From positions 1 through 64,000 of IMG/VR virus record IMGVR_UViG_3300034069_000341: a DNA stretch of 64,000 bases. The stretch is one strand, 5' to 3'. Below the pieces are notes generated by a model. That model saw nothing but the letters and a program-made list of their open reading frames with translations, did no database searches and had not been told where the DNA came from. The first letter of the stretch is position 1. Every line of letters starts with the position of its first letter. This DNA comes from a virus. A program made the position numbers and the translations under genes. Positions 54,588-62,579 of the stretch are shown here, piece after piece.

Positions 54588-54634
54588 TCTACTTCCTCCT
54601 CTGCTCTGCGGGCCTCTTGCCCTTCGTCTCCACG

Positions 54635-54662
54635 ACTCTACCACACGTCGGTGCGGTGTCTA
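54635..54662 (-). promoter_or_regulatory. Promoter TAGACA-16-TGG-TAGAGT
   Basis: -10 at 54635-54640, -35 54657-54662 (- strand). Confidence 0.5.
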
Positions 54663-54704
54663 CCACTACTCTGTCACATTTTGTCATATAGTAGTGGAGT
54701 GCTG

Positions 54705-55226
54705 TCAGTCGCCGACGTTCTCCACAACGGTCAGGGGGAGGCTATCCTCAAGAGTTTCACGATACTCTGCGGTGCGCCACGCCGCACCAGGGAGGGATGA
54801 CGCGAACGACCAGTTCCACTGCCCATCCCGATACATCCAGTAGTCCCCGGCGCGATCCTTAAGCACCACCTGCTTAAGGTAGTCCTCGTACTCCCCGAAC
54901 TGATCCATCGTCTTAATGACCATAGGGGCCTTCACCTCCGTCTTAGTACCATCGTCGTAGTGCGTGATGGTCACCGTCTCGGTGCGGACGATCTTCGGCT
55001 TCGGGGCGTCTTCCAGGAGGAGGATATAGTATTCATGCGAGTCATCAGCAAAAATCGTAACCTCGTCCCCCACTTCCTCTCCCAGGTCAACCTCGCCCTG
55101 GTCAAGTCTAGTCTTAAGAACCTTGCCCTCATACATCGCAATGTGGGAGGGGTACCACTCTACGACCCGAATCCGCTGCCCCTTCTCCACGTCCTCAAGT
55201 GCGATCTTCTTGTAGTCCTCGCTCAT
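54705..55226 (-). CDS. Paralogue-family protein D
   Basis: 173 aa; C-end LKDRAGDYWMYRDGQWNW matches LKDSEGDVWAYIDGKWNY of the next gene. Confidence 0.55.
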   Translation of the reverse strand: MSEDYKKIALEDVEKGQRIRVVEWYPSHIAMYEGKVLKTRLDQGEVDLGEEVGDEVTIFADDSHEYYILLLEDAPKPKIVRTETVTITHYDDGTKTEVKAPMVIKTMDQFGEYEDYLKQVVLKDRAGDYWMYRDGQWNWSFASSLPGAAWRTAEYRETLEDSLPLTVVENVGD

Positions 55227-55259
55227 GGTGTTCTCCTCTCGTTGGCTTGTTGCTAATCT

Positions 55260-55268
55260 ACTCTACCA
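55260..55268 (-). promoter_or_regulatory. Extended -10 promoter TGGTAGAGT
   Basis: GGTAGAGTAGATTAGCAACAAGCCA leader resembles that at 55680. Confidence 0.5.
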
Positions 55269-55276
55269 GGGTGATG

Positions 55277-55630
55277 TCAGTCAAGGCTGTCTACGATAGT
55301 GAGTCCGTCCACGACGTACTTCTCGATTGGAATGTTCGAGTACCAAGCGCCGCACTCCCGGTAATTCCACTTGCCGTCAATGTACGCCCAGACGTCACCC
55401 TCGGAGTCCTTAAGCCTCTTGTCGCGGAGCCTAGGCTCGTGGCGCTCCCAGTGCTCTACACCAGCAAAGCGAAGAATACCAGTATCCTCAAAGTACGTCA
55501 GCCCGCCGTGTTTCGTGTCGCTCAGGAAGACATACGACTCCCCTCGGTCCGACTCCACGCGCACCGATCCGCTGGCAAGGACGGTCATCGTCAGGCTCAG
55601 CGGCGTGGTCTTATCCTCGTTATCGCTCAT
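55277..55630 (-). CDS. Paralogue-family protein E
   Basis: Start set to ATG 55630 (MSDNEDKTTPL...), GAGAGGAGAAC RBS. Confidence 0.5.
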   Translation of the reverse strand: MSDNEDKTTPLSLTMTVLASGSVRVESDRGESYVFLSDTKHGGLTYFEDTGILRFAGVEHWERHEPRLRDKRLKDSEGDVWAYIDGKWNYRECGAWYSNIPIEKYVVDGLTIVDSLD

Positions 55631-55679
55631 GGTGTTCTCCTCTCGTCTCACCAGCACCTCTTGCTGGCTGGTTGCTACT

Positions 55680-55708
55680 ACTCTACCCCACCCGCTCACC
55701 GAGTGCAA
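55680..55708 (-). promoter_or_regulatory. Promoter TTGCAC-17-TAGAGT
   Basis: -10 55680-55685, -35 55703-55708 (- strand). Confidence 0.55.
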
Positions 55709-55753
55709 GACCCCTGCACACGATTTCTTGTACGGGCCGAACTGCTCAGTTGC

Positions 55754-55999
55754 TCAGTAGTATACCCGACGCCAGTTGACCTCATAATAGAAGTAGGAAT
55801 AGGACCTGCGACGCCATGAGCCAGTGCTCCATGTCCTATGCAGATCATACGTCAACTCCCACCACTGAGCGCACTTCTCGCACTCCCAGATGCTTCGCTC
55901 CGGGTACCAATCCTCCTTGCTAGGCGACTCGACCCGATCCCCCTGCCTCGGGGGCTCACACACGTGCTTCTTCGGCGGCACATACACAATCGGACTCAT
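55754..55999 (-). CDS. Hypothetical Trp/Cys-rich protein
   Basis: 81 aa; CEPP...CEKCAQWW. Confidence 0.45.
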   Translation of the reverse strand: MSPIVYVPPKKHVCEPPRQGDRVESPSKEDWYPERSIWECEKCAQWWELTYDLHRTWSTGSWRRRSYSYFYYEVNWRRVYY

Positions 56000-56108
56000 G
56001 TCTAGTTCTCCTCACTCTCAGTGGTAAGTTGCTAAGTCATCTATCCTGTCCCAGTACGCCTTGAAGATAGCATACCGTCCCATGTAGACAAAGGCTTCCA
56101 ATATGGCT

Positions 56109-56447
56109 TCATCGCAATCCATTCTCTCGCGCGTGCTTCTCTACCTCACGGACAAGTCGGTCAATGTCGCTTGCCTTTGGGCCGTATCCGAACTCATCAT
56201 CGTAGTCTGTGGACTCATCCCGCAGTCCCCGGACCACGCCGCGCCACGACTTCGGGGAGGGTAGATTATAGGCAAACCACTCGAACTCGTTGCAACTGCA
56301 ACCGGCCTGTTCGTCCCAATAGTAATTCTGGGTGCCAGGTGAATAACACACCTGAATTTCCCACCACTCCCACCCTCCACCAGAAGCCATTGCCACAAGC
56401 TCCCAGTCCTCAGTGCCGGGGACGTGGCTACCTTCGTAATCTTCCAT
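56109..56447 (-). CDS. Hypothetical Trp-rich acidic protein; first gene of the - block
   Basis: 112 aa, GAGGAGAAC RBS. Confidence 0.5.
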   Translation of the reverse strand: MEDYEGSHVPGTEDWELVAMASGGGWEWWEIQVCYSPGTQNYYWDEQAGCSCNEFEWFAYNLPSPKSWRGVVRGLRDESTDYDDEFGYGPKASDIDRLVREVEKHARENGLR

Positions 56448-56486
56448 ATCAGTTCTCCTCGCTCTCGACTTCCTCGTACACCGAGC

Positions 56487-56514
56487 ATCCTACCACACGA
56501 TCCGACGAGCGCAA
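56487..56514 (-). promoter_or_regulatory. Promoter TTGCGC-16-TGG-TAGGAT (leftward)
   Basis: -10 56487-56492, -35 56509-56514; about 40 nt upstream of 56447 start. Confidence 0.5.
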
Positions 56515-56672
56515 CCCCCACTCCCCGAGGGGGTCGTGAGGTCATGCTGTGATAGTCTCAGTTGACCGACTGGCCATCTGGGAGTCCATGACTTGTTTCA
56601 GCCTTTTTTGTGCCCTATGTCACAGCCTCATGAGAGCCAGTGCAGACCTTCACCGTTGGACGCTCACGGACT

Positions 56673-56702
56673 GTCACACTGTGAATTTAGTCACAGTGTG
56701 AC
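56673..56702. promoter_or_regulatory. 12-bp-arm palindrome GTCACACTGTGA-ATTTAG-TCACAGTGTGAC (candidate operator)
   Basis: Perfect inverted repeat centred in the divergent intergenic region; GTCACA half-sites recur nearby. Confidence 0.5.
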
Positions 56703-56740
56703 CTTCTGACGACCTCCGGCCCCCACGATATAGGAACCTA

Positions 56741-56749
56741 TGGTATAGT
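56741..56749 (+). promoter_or_regulatory. Extended -10 promoter TGGTATAGT (rightward)
   Basis: About 90 nt upstream of 56840 gene. Confidence 0.5.
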
Positions 56750-56839
56750 GGACGTATACACGGGGGGATCTCCATCCCCCCGAGACCCTGAGACCTACAG
56801 GTTCTCTGCAACACAACCCGAAAAAGAAGGAGCAACACA

Positions 56840-57046
56840 ATGCCAGCTGCTACCCCCGAACTAAACCGAGCATCCACTCGAATCCACTACTGGGCCGATA
56901 CCCTGAATCTCGACATCATCCGCAATAAGGGAAGCTGGACGCTGATCGACCCTCAAAAACCTGAACTTCTGGCCTACCGCCTGGACTCCCCGGAGATGGA
57001 AGACTTCCTGGCCCGTATGCGCGCTCGCGGTGCGCAAGCATCATGA
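56840..57046 (+). CDS. Hypothetical protein; first gene of right arm
   Basis: 68 aa, AAGGAG RBS. Confidence 0.5.
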   Translation: MPAATPELNRASTRIHYWADTLNLDIIRNKGSWTLIDPQKPELLAYRLDSPEMEDFLARMRARGAQAS

Positions 57047-57516
57047 AAAAGACAGTGGAAGAGCGGTTCTGGAGTAAAGTGGATAAGACCGATGAGTGCT
57101 GGCGGTGGACAGCCTCCTGTTACTCTAGTGGCTACGGCCAGTTTTGGCGTGATGGAGGGATGGTCCTCCCCCACCGACTCGCCTACGAGTGGGCGCACGG
57201 CGAGATTCCAGAGGGTATGCAGGTCGACCACCGATGCTTCCATCGCAATTGCGTTCGGCCGGATCACTTGAGACTAGTGACCCACGCACAGAACCAGCAA
57301 AATCGACGCGGAGCGCAAAGCAATAACACCACCGGAGTCCGTGGCGTCAGTTGGCACAAGCCCACTCGAAAGTACCGGGCGCAGGCGGGCCTCGGCGGCA
57401 AGAAGCACTATGTAGGCCTCTTCGACACTATCGAAGATGCTGAGTCCGCCGTGATCGCCAAGCGACGCGAACTTTTCACTCACGACGATTACGCAGATTG
57501 GGCGGCTTCCGCCTAG
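57043..57516 (+). CDS. HNH (HNH_3-type) endonuclease with AP2-like domain
   Basis: CWRW...GYGQ...HRLAYE...VDHRCFHRNCVRPDHLRLVTHAQN; GVSWHKPTRKYRAQAGLGGKKHYVGLFDTIEDA. Confidence 0.8.
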   Translation: MKKTVEERFWSKVDKTDECWRWTASCYSSGYGQFWRDGGMVLPHRLAYEWAHGEIPEGMQVDHRCFHRNCVRPDHLRLVTHAQNQQNRRGAQSNNTTGVRGVSWHKPTRKYRAQAGLGGKKHYVGLFDTIEDAESAVIAKRRELFTHDDYADWAASA

Positions 57517-57539
57517 ATTCGACGGACAAGGAGAGCATC

Positions 57540-58394
57540 ATGCACACAGCATCGCAGGAGCAACTGGCCATCTGGGAGTCCATGACCGACATTGGATTGC
57601 AACTGTTCCCCGTGCGAGGCCGAGGTGGAGTACCGAAGTCACCGGCATTCGGGGTCAAGTGGCAGGAGGTTGCCACCGACGACATGGACCAGATTGCCAC
57701 CTGGGCCAAGAAGACTATGGCGATGGGGGTCTCCTGCGCTCATAGCCGTCTGCTCGTGGTCGATATCGACACGCACGGATCGACTTCCGGCTTTGACACC
57801 CTCGGGATGACTTACGATGAGATGAAGAAGGTATGCACCTACTCGGTGTCCACGCCCTCCGGAGGCGAGCACCTGTACTTCCGACTGCCTCTGGGAGTGC
57901 GTGTCAAGAACTCCCAGGGTAGGTTGGCAATAGGGGTTGACGTGAGGGGCTTCGGCGGGTACGTCGTTGCCGGCGGGTCTGTCCTGGACAACCTGGGGGC
58001 CTACGAGTTGTCCGATGAGGCTGAGATGCTCGGGGAGATTTCGGATGCTCCCGACTGGCTTATCGCCGAGGCGTCCGGTGTCGCGGGCCAGGACCCGGTT
58101 GCTCAGGCACGACGACGAATGGACTCAATCATCGAGCGCGCTCTCAACCCCGAGGGGGGTCTCGCCGAGGGTATCGTCAACAAAGCGCTTGACGATGTGC
58201 AGTGGTCCATCGAGGGCGAGCGCCGCTCTACGCTGCGCGACGCCGCATTCGGGCTGACCCTGAGGGGGATTCTCACCGATGAGGTTGCCGGGAGGCTCAT
58301 GGCTCTGTCCATCAAGCCCGGATTCACTGAGGACGAGGCGTTCAAGACGATCAAGGACGCACACCGAGACGCTATGCGAAAGAGGGAGTTCTGA
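57540..58394 (+). CDS. Bifunctional primase-polymerase (prim-pol) domain protein
   Basis: Start set to ATG 57540 after AAGGAGAG; LLVVDIDTHG catalytic D-x-D, GGYVVAGGS. Confidence 0.7.
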   Translation: MHTASQEQLAIWESMTDIGLQLFPVRGRGGVPKSPAFGVKWQEVATDDMDQIATWAKKTMAMGVSCAHSRLLVVDIDTHGSTSGFDTLGMTYDEMKKVCTYSVSTPSGGEHLYFRLPLGVRVKNSQGRLAIGVDVRGFGGYVVAGGSVLDNLGAYELSDEAEMLGEISDAPDWLIAEASGVAGQDPVAQARRRMDSIIERALNPEGGLAEGIVNKALDDVQWSIEGERRSTLRDAAFGLTLRGILTDEVAGRLMALSIKPGFTEDEAFKTIKDAHRDAMRKREF

Positions 58395-59803
58395 TGGAGG
58401 AGCACGACACGACAGTCCAGGAATACGCGGCGATGTTCCGAGACGTCGGAATCCCGCGTCGCCGTGAGGTCCTTGCCACGTACCAGGAGGTCACGGGCGA
58501 TGTGGGCGCGGAAGAGGAGTTCGAGGCGCTGAGCGGTTTTGGCCCGGAGGAGACGCCGCTTGAGACCCCCGAGGTGAAGACCGACGACCCTGACCACATT
58601 CCCACGGCACAAGAAGAGTTCACGGCTCTGTCCCCCGAGGGGGACCCGTCCTACGTCGCCACGGACGATATGACCGATGAGATGACGGACCAGGAGCGCC
58701 GGAAGTTCGAGCGCGATGTGGAGCGCCGTCGATACGAGGCTCTGGTCTCTCGCACTGCTAATCGTCTGGACGCTGCTGAAGCGTTCTCCGCCGAGGACTC
58801 AGGGCAGACGGAGGTATGGGGCGATGAGATGCTGGACGCCGAAATCCCCGACGAGTCGTTCCTCGTTGAGGGCCTGTGGCCTATGTCCGGTCGAGTCAAC
58901 TTCTCCGCTCAGGCCAAGACCGGCAAGACCACGACTACCGGCGCGCTCGTCTATTCGCTGCTGTCTGGCGAGCCTTTCCTCGGGAAGTGGCCTGTTCGCA
59001 AATTGGACGAGCACGAGTCCATCACCATTTTCGATGTGGAGTCCACGCGCGAACAGGTGATGAAGGCTTATCGCCGAGCGTTCGAATTGCGTACTGGTCG
59101 GCTGCGAGTGGTGCGCTTCCGTGAGAACCGAGCTGGCTTGAACTTCATGGTTGACGCCGCACGTGAGCATATGCTAGACACCTACTCTGGCTCTAGGGTC
59201 TACGTCATGGACAACCAGACACGACTCGCTAAGGCGATGGGCCTTGACACCGACTCGGCAATCGAGGCTGCGTCTATGCTCGCCGCGTGGGATCAACTCG
59301 TGCTCGACATGGGCGGTGAGGAGTCCCTGTGGGTCAATCACGCTGGGCACGATGGTACGCGCTCTCGTGGCTCGTCTGTGCTGCGCGATGACGCTGATGC
59401 TCTGTGGCTCATGGCGAAGGATGCTAGCGGCAAGCGGACCTTCTCCGCCGAAGGTCGAATCGAGGAGGTCTCCAAGGTCAAGGTCGAACTGGTTGACGGC
59501 GTTCCGCTCGTGAACGAGGCTGGGTCCTCTCAGTACGAGCCTCATCAGGCGGAGGATTATGTGCGCCGAGTCCTCATGGAGATTAGCTCGGAGGAAGAGG
59601 GTATGAAGCACAAGGCTCTTTGGGAAGCGGCTCACGGACTCGCCGAGCAGGAGGGCGCTAAGGTCTCGCAGCGGAAGATCAAGGACGCTATTACCAACAT
59701 GATCGAGGACGGATTGATCGACACCGAGGAGGCCCCACGTACTGAGGCAGGTCACGGTGGGGGCACTCTCCACCGACTCTCCGACCTGGAACGGCTGGGC
59801 TGA
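58394..59803 (+). CDS. RepA/DnaB-like (RecA-fold) NTPase with C-terminal winged-helix-like domain
   Basis: 469 aa; Walker A AQAKTGKTT; VYVMDN Walker B-like; C-end EGMKHKALW...VSQRKIKDAI...GGGTLHRL. Confidence 0.65.
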   Translation: MEEHDTTVQEYAAMFRDVGIPRRREVLATYQEVTGDVGAEEEFEALSGFGPEETPLETPEVKTDDPDHIPTAQEEFTALSPEGDPSYVATDDMTDEMTDQERRKFERDVERRRYEALVSRTANRLDAAEAFSAEDSGQTEVWGDEMLDAEIPDESFLVEGLWPMSGRVNFSAQAKTGKTTTTGALVYSLLSGEPFLGKWPVRKLDEHESITIFDVESTREQVMKAYRRAFELRTGRLRVVRFRENRAGLNFMVDAAREHMLDTYSGSRVYVMDNQTRLAKAMGLDTDSAIEAASMLAAWDQLVLDMGGEESLWVNHAGHDGTRSRGSSVLRDDADALWLMAKDASGKRTFSAEGRIEEVSKVKVELVDGVPLVNEAGSSQYEPHQAEDYVRRVLMEISSEEEGMKHKALWEAAHGLAEQEGAKVSQRKIKDAITNMIEDGLIDTEEAPRTEAGHGGGTLHRLSDLERLG

Positions 59804-59827
59804 AAAGCCGGGTCCCATGCCGCGTTC

Positions 59828-59854
59828 CATGGAACCCGGATACATGGAACCCGG
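59828..59854. repeat. 12-bp direct repeat CATGGAACCCGG x2 (15-bp period)
   Basis: 59828-59839 and 59843-59854; GCGTTCCA also occurs three times in 59,822-59,994. Confidence 0.85.
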
Positions 59855-59941
59855 TAAGAAGCCGGGATTCACTCAAAGTCAGTTTTTGGGAAAGTGGAAT
59901 CCGGCCGCATCCGCATGATTCCGGGCTTTTTCGCACCCTTA

Positions 59942-60000
59942 GACCCCGCGTTCCACTATACCCCCCCCCCTTTAGGGGGGGTATAGTGGAACGCGGGGTC
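59942..60000. repeat. 26-bp perfect inverted repeat (hairpin/cruciform)
   Basis: GACCCCGCGTTCCACTATACCCCCCC-CCCTTTA-GGGGGGGTATAGTGGAACGCGGGGTC. Confidence 0.95.
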
Positions 60001-60129
60001 GTGGGGGGCGAAGCCCCGGTTGTTTAATAAGGGTAGCCTAAGTTGTTTGAAGAGCGAGTTGTGCCCGGAGAAGCGGAGGGTGATCTTCTCCTCGGTGGGC
60101 CGGTCGCTTCGCAGGGAGCGGGGATCTAC

Positions 60130-60157
60130 TTGACACCTCTTCGGTGGGTGGTAGAGT
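60130..60157 (+). promoter_or_regulatory. Promoter TTGACA-16-TGG-TAGAGT
   Basis: -35 60130-60135, -10 60152-60157, 60 nt before 60219 start. Confidence 0.6.
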
Positions 60158-60218
60158 GGGGGACATACGGTTCACCGGCTCGGTGGGTCGTAGGGCGTAT
60201 AGCGTGAAGGAGGAAGAG

Positions 60219-60725
60219 ATGAAGACGTGGAAGCAGATTGACCCCGAGCATTTCGATTCGGTGAGGGCTGGTCAGACCGTTAGGGTAAAGTGGGAGGATG
60301 GTCCGGCAGTGATCGAGGCTGAGGGCTATGTGACCTTTGTCTCCGGAAACTTCGGGGACCCGGTAGACCTCTCGCATATGGTCGAGGACTACCGGGAGTT
60401 GCGCATCCTGCACCACCATGAAACATTCTGGTACAAGATAATCGGTTTCATGGATGTCTGGGTTCTGGAGGACGAGACTGGGACGCATGGCGTTGTTGAC
60501 GCAAAGCGCTACATCATTGATGTTCTTTCTCGTCCCGAAAATTCGGAGGGTATGAAGCACAGGGATCTGTGGAGGTCAGCATGGGAGTTGTCTGAACGAC
60601 GGGTGTCCCAGAGGAAGATCAAGGCTGCGATCGCTGAGATGGTATACTCCGGGGAGATCCGAGTAGCGGGGGGAAACGGGGGAACTCTGCATTTTCTCGG
60701 AGGGGCGGGATTCAGCAATGAGTGA
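60219..60725 (+). CDS. Small protein whose C-terminal half duplicates the winged-helix-like tail of the 58394 NTPase
   Basis: Start ATG 60219 after GAAGGAGGAAG; EGMKHRDLW...VSQRKIKAAI...NGGTLHFL. Confidence 0.6.
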   Translation: MKTWKQIDPEHFDSVRAGQTVRVKWEDGPAVIEAEGYVTFVSGNFGDPVDLSHMVEDYRELRILHHHETFWYKIIGFMDVWVLEDETGTHGVVDAKRYIIDVLSRPENSEGMKHRDLWRSAWELSERRVSQRKIKAAIAEMVYSGEIRVAGGNGGTLHFLGGAGFSNE

Positions 60726-60828
60726 TGAAGAGCGTAGTCTGGTCCACACCTCGGAGTTCCTGGTAGGTAGAGCCTTAGAACGGCTCACAGGGCCTCGGCA
60801 AGTACACAACAACGAGAAAGGAAAGTAA
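60718..60828 (+). CDS. Possible 36-aa ORF
   Basis: ATGAGTGA overlap with previous stop; ends 2 nt before the methylase start; no other support. Confidence 0.3.
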   Translation: MSDEERSLVHTSEFLVGRALERLTGPRQVHNNEKGK

Positions 60829-60829
60829 C

Positions 60830-61939
60830 ATGAATGGCAAAGAGAACAAGATTAAAGGCGAGGTCAACACCTTGAACCTGGATAAGCAGGCCACTATTCA
60901 CCACGACGACTGCCTCACCGCGCTGCGCGCCATGCCCGACGCTTCGGTGGACTCGATCGTCACCGACCCGCCATACGGGCTGTCGAAAACAGACCCCGCG
61001 TCCGTCGCCGACACCCTCACGAAGTGGGCAACGGGCGACCGCGAGCACGTCCCCACAGGGCGCGGGTTCAGGGGCAAGTCCTGGGATTCGTTTGTGCCCC
61101 CGCCAGCAGTGTGGGACGAGTGCCTGCGAGTCCTCAAGCCGGGCGGGCACATGGTCGTGTTCGCCGGGTCCCGTACTCAGGACCTCATGGGCCTGTCCAT
61201 CCGACTCGCCGGGTTCGATATCCGCGACTCCGTGGCCTGGCTCTACGGGTCCGGGTTCCCGAAGTCGATGAACGTCGCCAAGGCGATCGACAAGACGGCT
61301 GGCGAGTGGTCCAGCGGGGTAGCCCCCCAGTGGGATGGATGGGGGACGGCGCTGAAGCCAGCGCACGAGCCGATCATCGTGGCCCGTAAGCCCCTCGCCG
61401 GAACCGTGGCCGGGAACGTTCTGGAGCATGGCACCGGGGCGCTGAACATCGACGCCTGCCGGGTTGGGACAGAGCGGCGACTCAACTCACCCGCAGGCAA
61501 CCCGTCTGGCGCAGAGGGCACCGTAGCAATGGGTGGGCGCTGGCGAAAAGACGCGACGGCGCAGGAGGCTGTCGGTCGTTGGCCTGCGAACGTAGTGCTG
61601 GACGACTCCCAGGCCGCAGCACTCGACCAGCAGTCGCCCGACAAGGACGGCGCGTCCCGGTTCTTCTACACCGCGAAGGCATCTAAGTCGGAGCGCCCAG
61701 TGGTGGACGGAACGGCTCACCCCACGGTCAAGCCCCTGGCCATCATGCGCTGGCTGATCCGCCTCATCACCCCACCCGGAGGCCTGGTCCTGGACCCGTT
61801 CGCCGGGTCGGGTACCACGATCGAAGCTGCGATCCTCGAAGGCTTTCCCGTGATCGGCGTCGAACGGGAGTCGGACTACCTGCCGCTCATCCAAGACCGC
61901 ATCGATCGGGCTACTGCGCTCACTCCGCCACCGGAGTGA
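60830..61939 (+). CDS. DNA methyltransferase (beta-class N6A/N4C, DPPY motif)
   Basis: SIVTDPPYG (motif IV) near N-terminus, LDPFAGSGTT (motif I) near C-terminus. Confidence 0.85.
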   Translation: MNGKENKIKGEVNTLNLDKQATIHHDDCLTALRAMPDASVDSIVTDPPYGLSKTDPASVADTLTKWATGDREHVPTGRGFRGKSWDSFVPPPAVWDECLRVLKPGGHMVVFAGSRTQDLMGLSIRLAGFDIRDSVAWLYGSGFPKSMNVAKAIDKTAGEWSSGVAPQWDGWGTALKPAHEPIIVARKPLAGTVAGNVLEHGTGALNIDACRVGTERRLNSPAGNPSGAEGTVAMGGRWRKDATAQEAVGRWPANVVLDDSQAAALDQQSPDKDGASRFFYTAKASKSERPVVDGTAHPTVKPLAIMRWLIRLITPPGGLVLDPFAGSGTTIEAAILEGFPVIGVERESDYLPLIQDRIDRATALTPPPE

Positions 61940-61953
61940 GGGGTGCCCCAGAT

Positions 61954-61982
61954 TTGACCAAAATCGGTCTGGAAACTACACT
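61954..61982 (+). promoter_or_regulatory. Promoter TTGACC-17-TACACT
   Basis: Hexamers at 61954-61959 and 61977-61982. Confidence 0.55.
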
Positions 61983-62083
61983 TAGTAGTAGAATTCTAGA
62001 AATAAGACCTCTCGGGAGTACCCCCGGAGGGTCCGATCCCGAAAACCCTACTTACTGTAGGGAAAACGACGAAAGGAGTAGCC

Positions 62084-62383
62084 ATGTCTTTGACAGCGGC
62101 AGAACGAGAGACAGTGATCCAGGTGGACGACAGCCGAGGGGACGTGCAGTTGTACTCCGCACAGCGCCCGGTGATTCGGCGAGTGCTGGACGACGACCGA
62201 TGGACTGTGATCGAACACGGTGAGTTCGACGGTTCGGAGTTCATCAAGGCTACGTGCGCCTACAAGGACTGGTCCCCTATCGGGGGCATGAAGCGCAAGT
62301 CCCGGCCCATGACTGAAGAGGAGCGGGCGGCTGCGGGGGCTCGCCTTCAGAAGGCTCGTGAGAGCCGAGCACAGCACGACTGA
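62084..62383 (+). CDS. Hypothetical protein
   Basis: 99 aa; AACGACGAAAGGAG leader shared with the 62745 gene. Confidence 0.55.
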   Translation: MSLTAAERETVIQVDDSRGDVQLYSAQRPVIRRVLDDDRWTVIEHGEFDGSEFIKATCAYKDWSPIGGMKRKSRPMTEEERAAAGARLQKARESRAQHD

Positions 62384-62385
62384 CC

Positions 62386-62398
62386 TGTGCTATAATGG
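62386..62398 (+). promoter_or_regulatory. Extended -10 promoter TGTGCTATAATGG
   Basis: Late-type motif immediately after a stop codon, heads a 350-nt ORF-free region. Confidence 0.5.
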
Positions 62399-62567
62399 TC
62401 CCAAGCGTTCTCCGCCTCGGTCTCCGAAGGCGTGTGCTCTGCCGTTGGCAACACTGACCCTGCTCGGGTTGAGGATTTCTAGGTGACGTTCCGACGTCAC
62501 CGGGCTAGAGCATCGGCAGAGGGGATTTTGGCCCTGCTACCCGGTTCGATACCGGCTGCCGAGCAAA

Positions 62568-62579
62568 GTGTGGTATACT
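62568..62579 (+). promoter_or_regulatory. Extended -10 promoter GTGTGGTATACT
   Basis: Sits in loop of small GCAAAG/CTTGC hairpin, 165 nt before the 62745 start. Confidence 0.4.

Noticed and set aside
56018-56122. 34-aa - strand ORF between 55754-55999 and 56109-56447
   Set aside because: It is open and overlaps the upstream stop, but it is very short and has no recognisable RBS. There is not enough support to call it.
62513-62562. Possible + strand tRNA gene (acceptor-like stem plus TTCGATA loop)
   Set aside because: It is only 50 nt, has no D-arm or 7-nt anticodon loop, and its T stem is 4 bp. I kept it only as a structural element of the candidate ncRNA.
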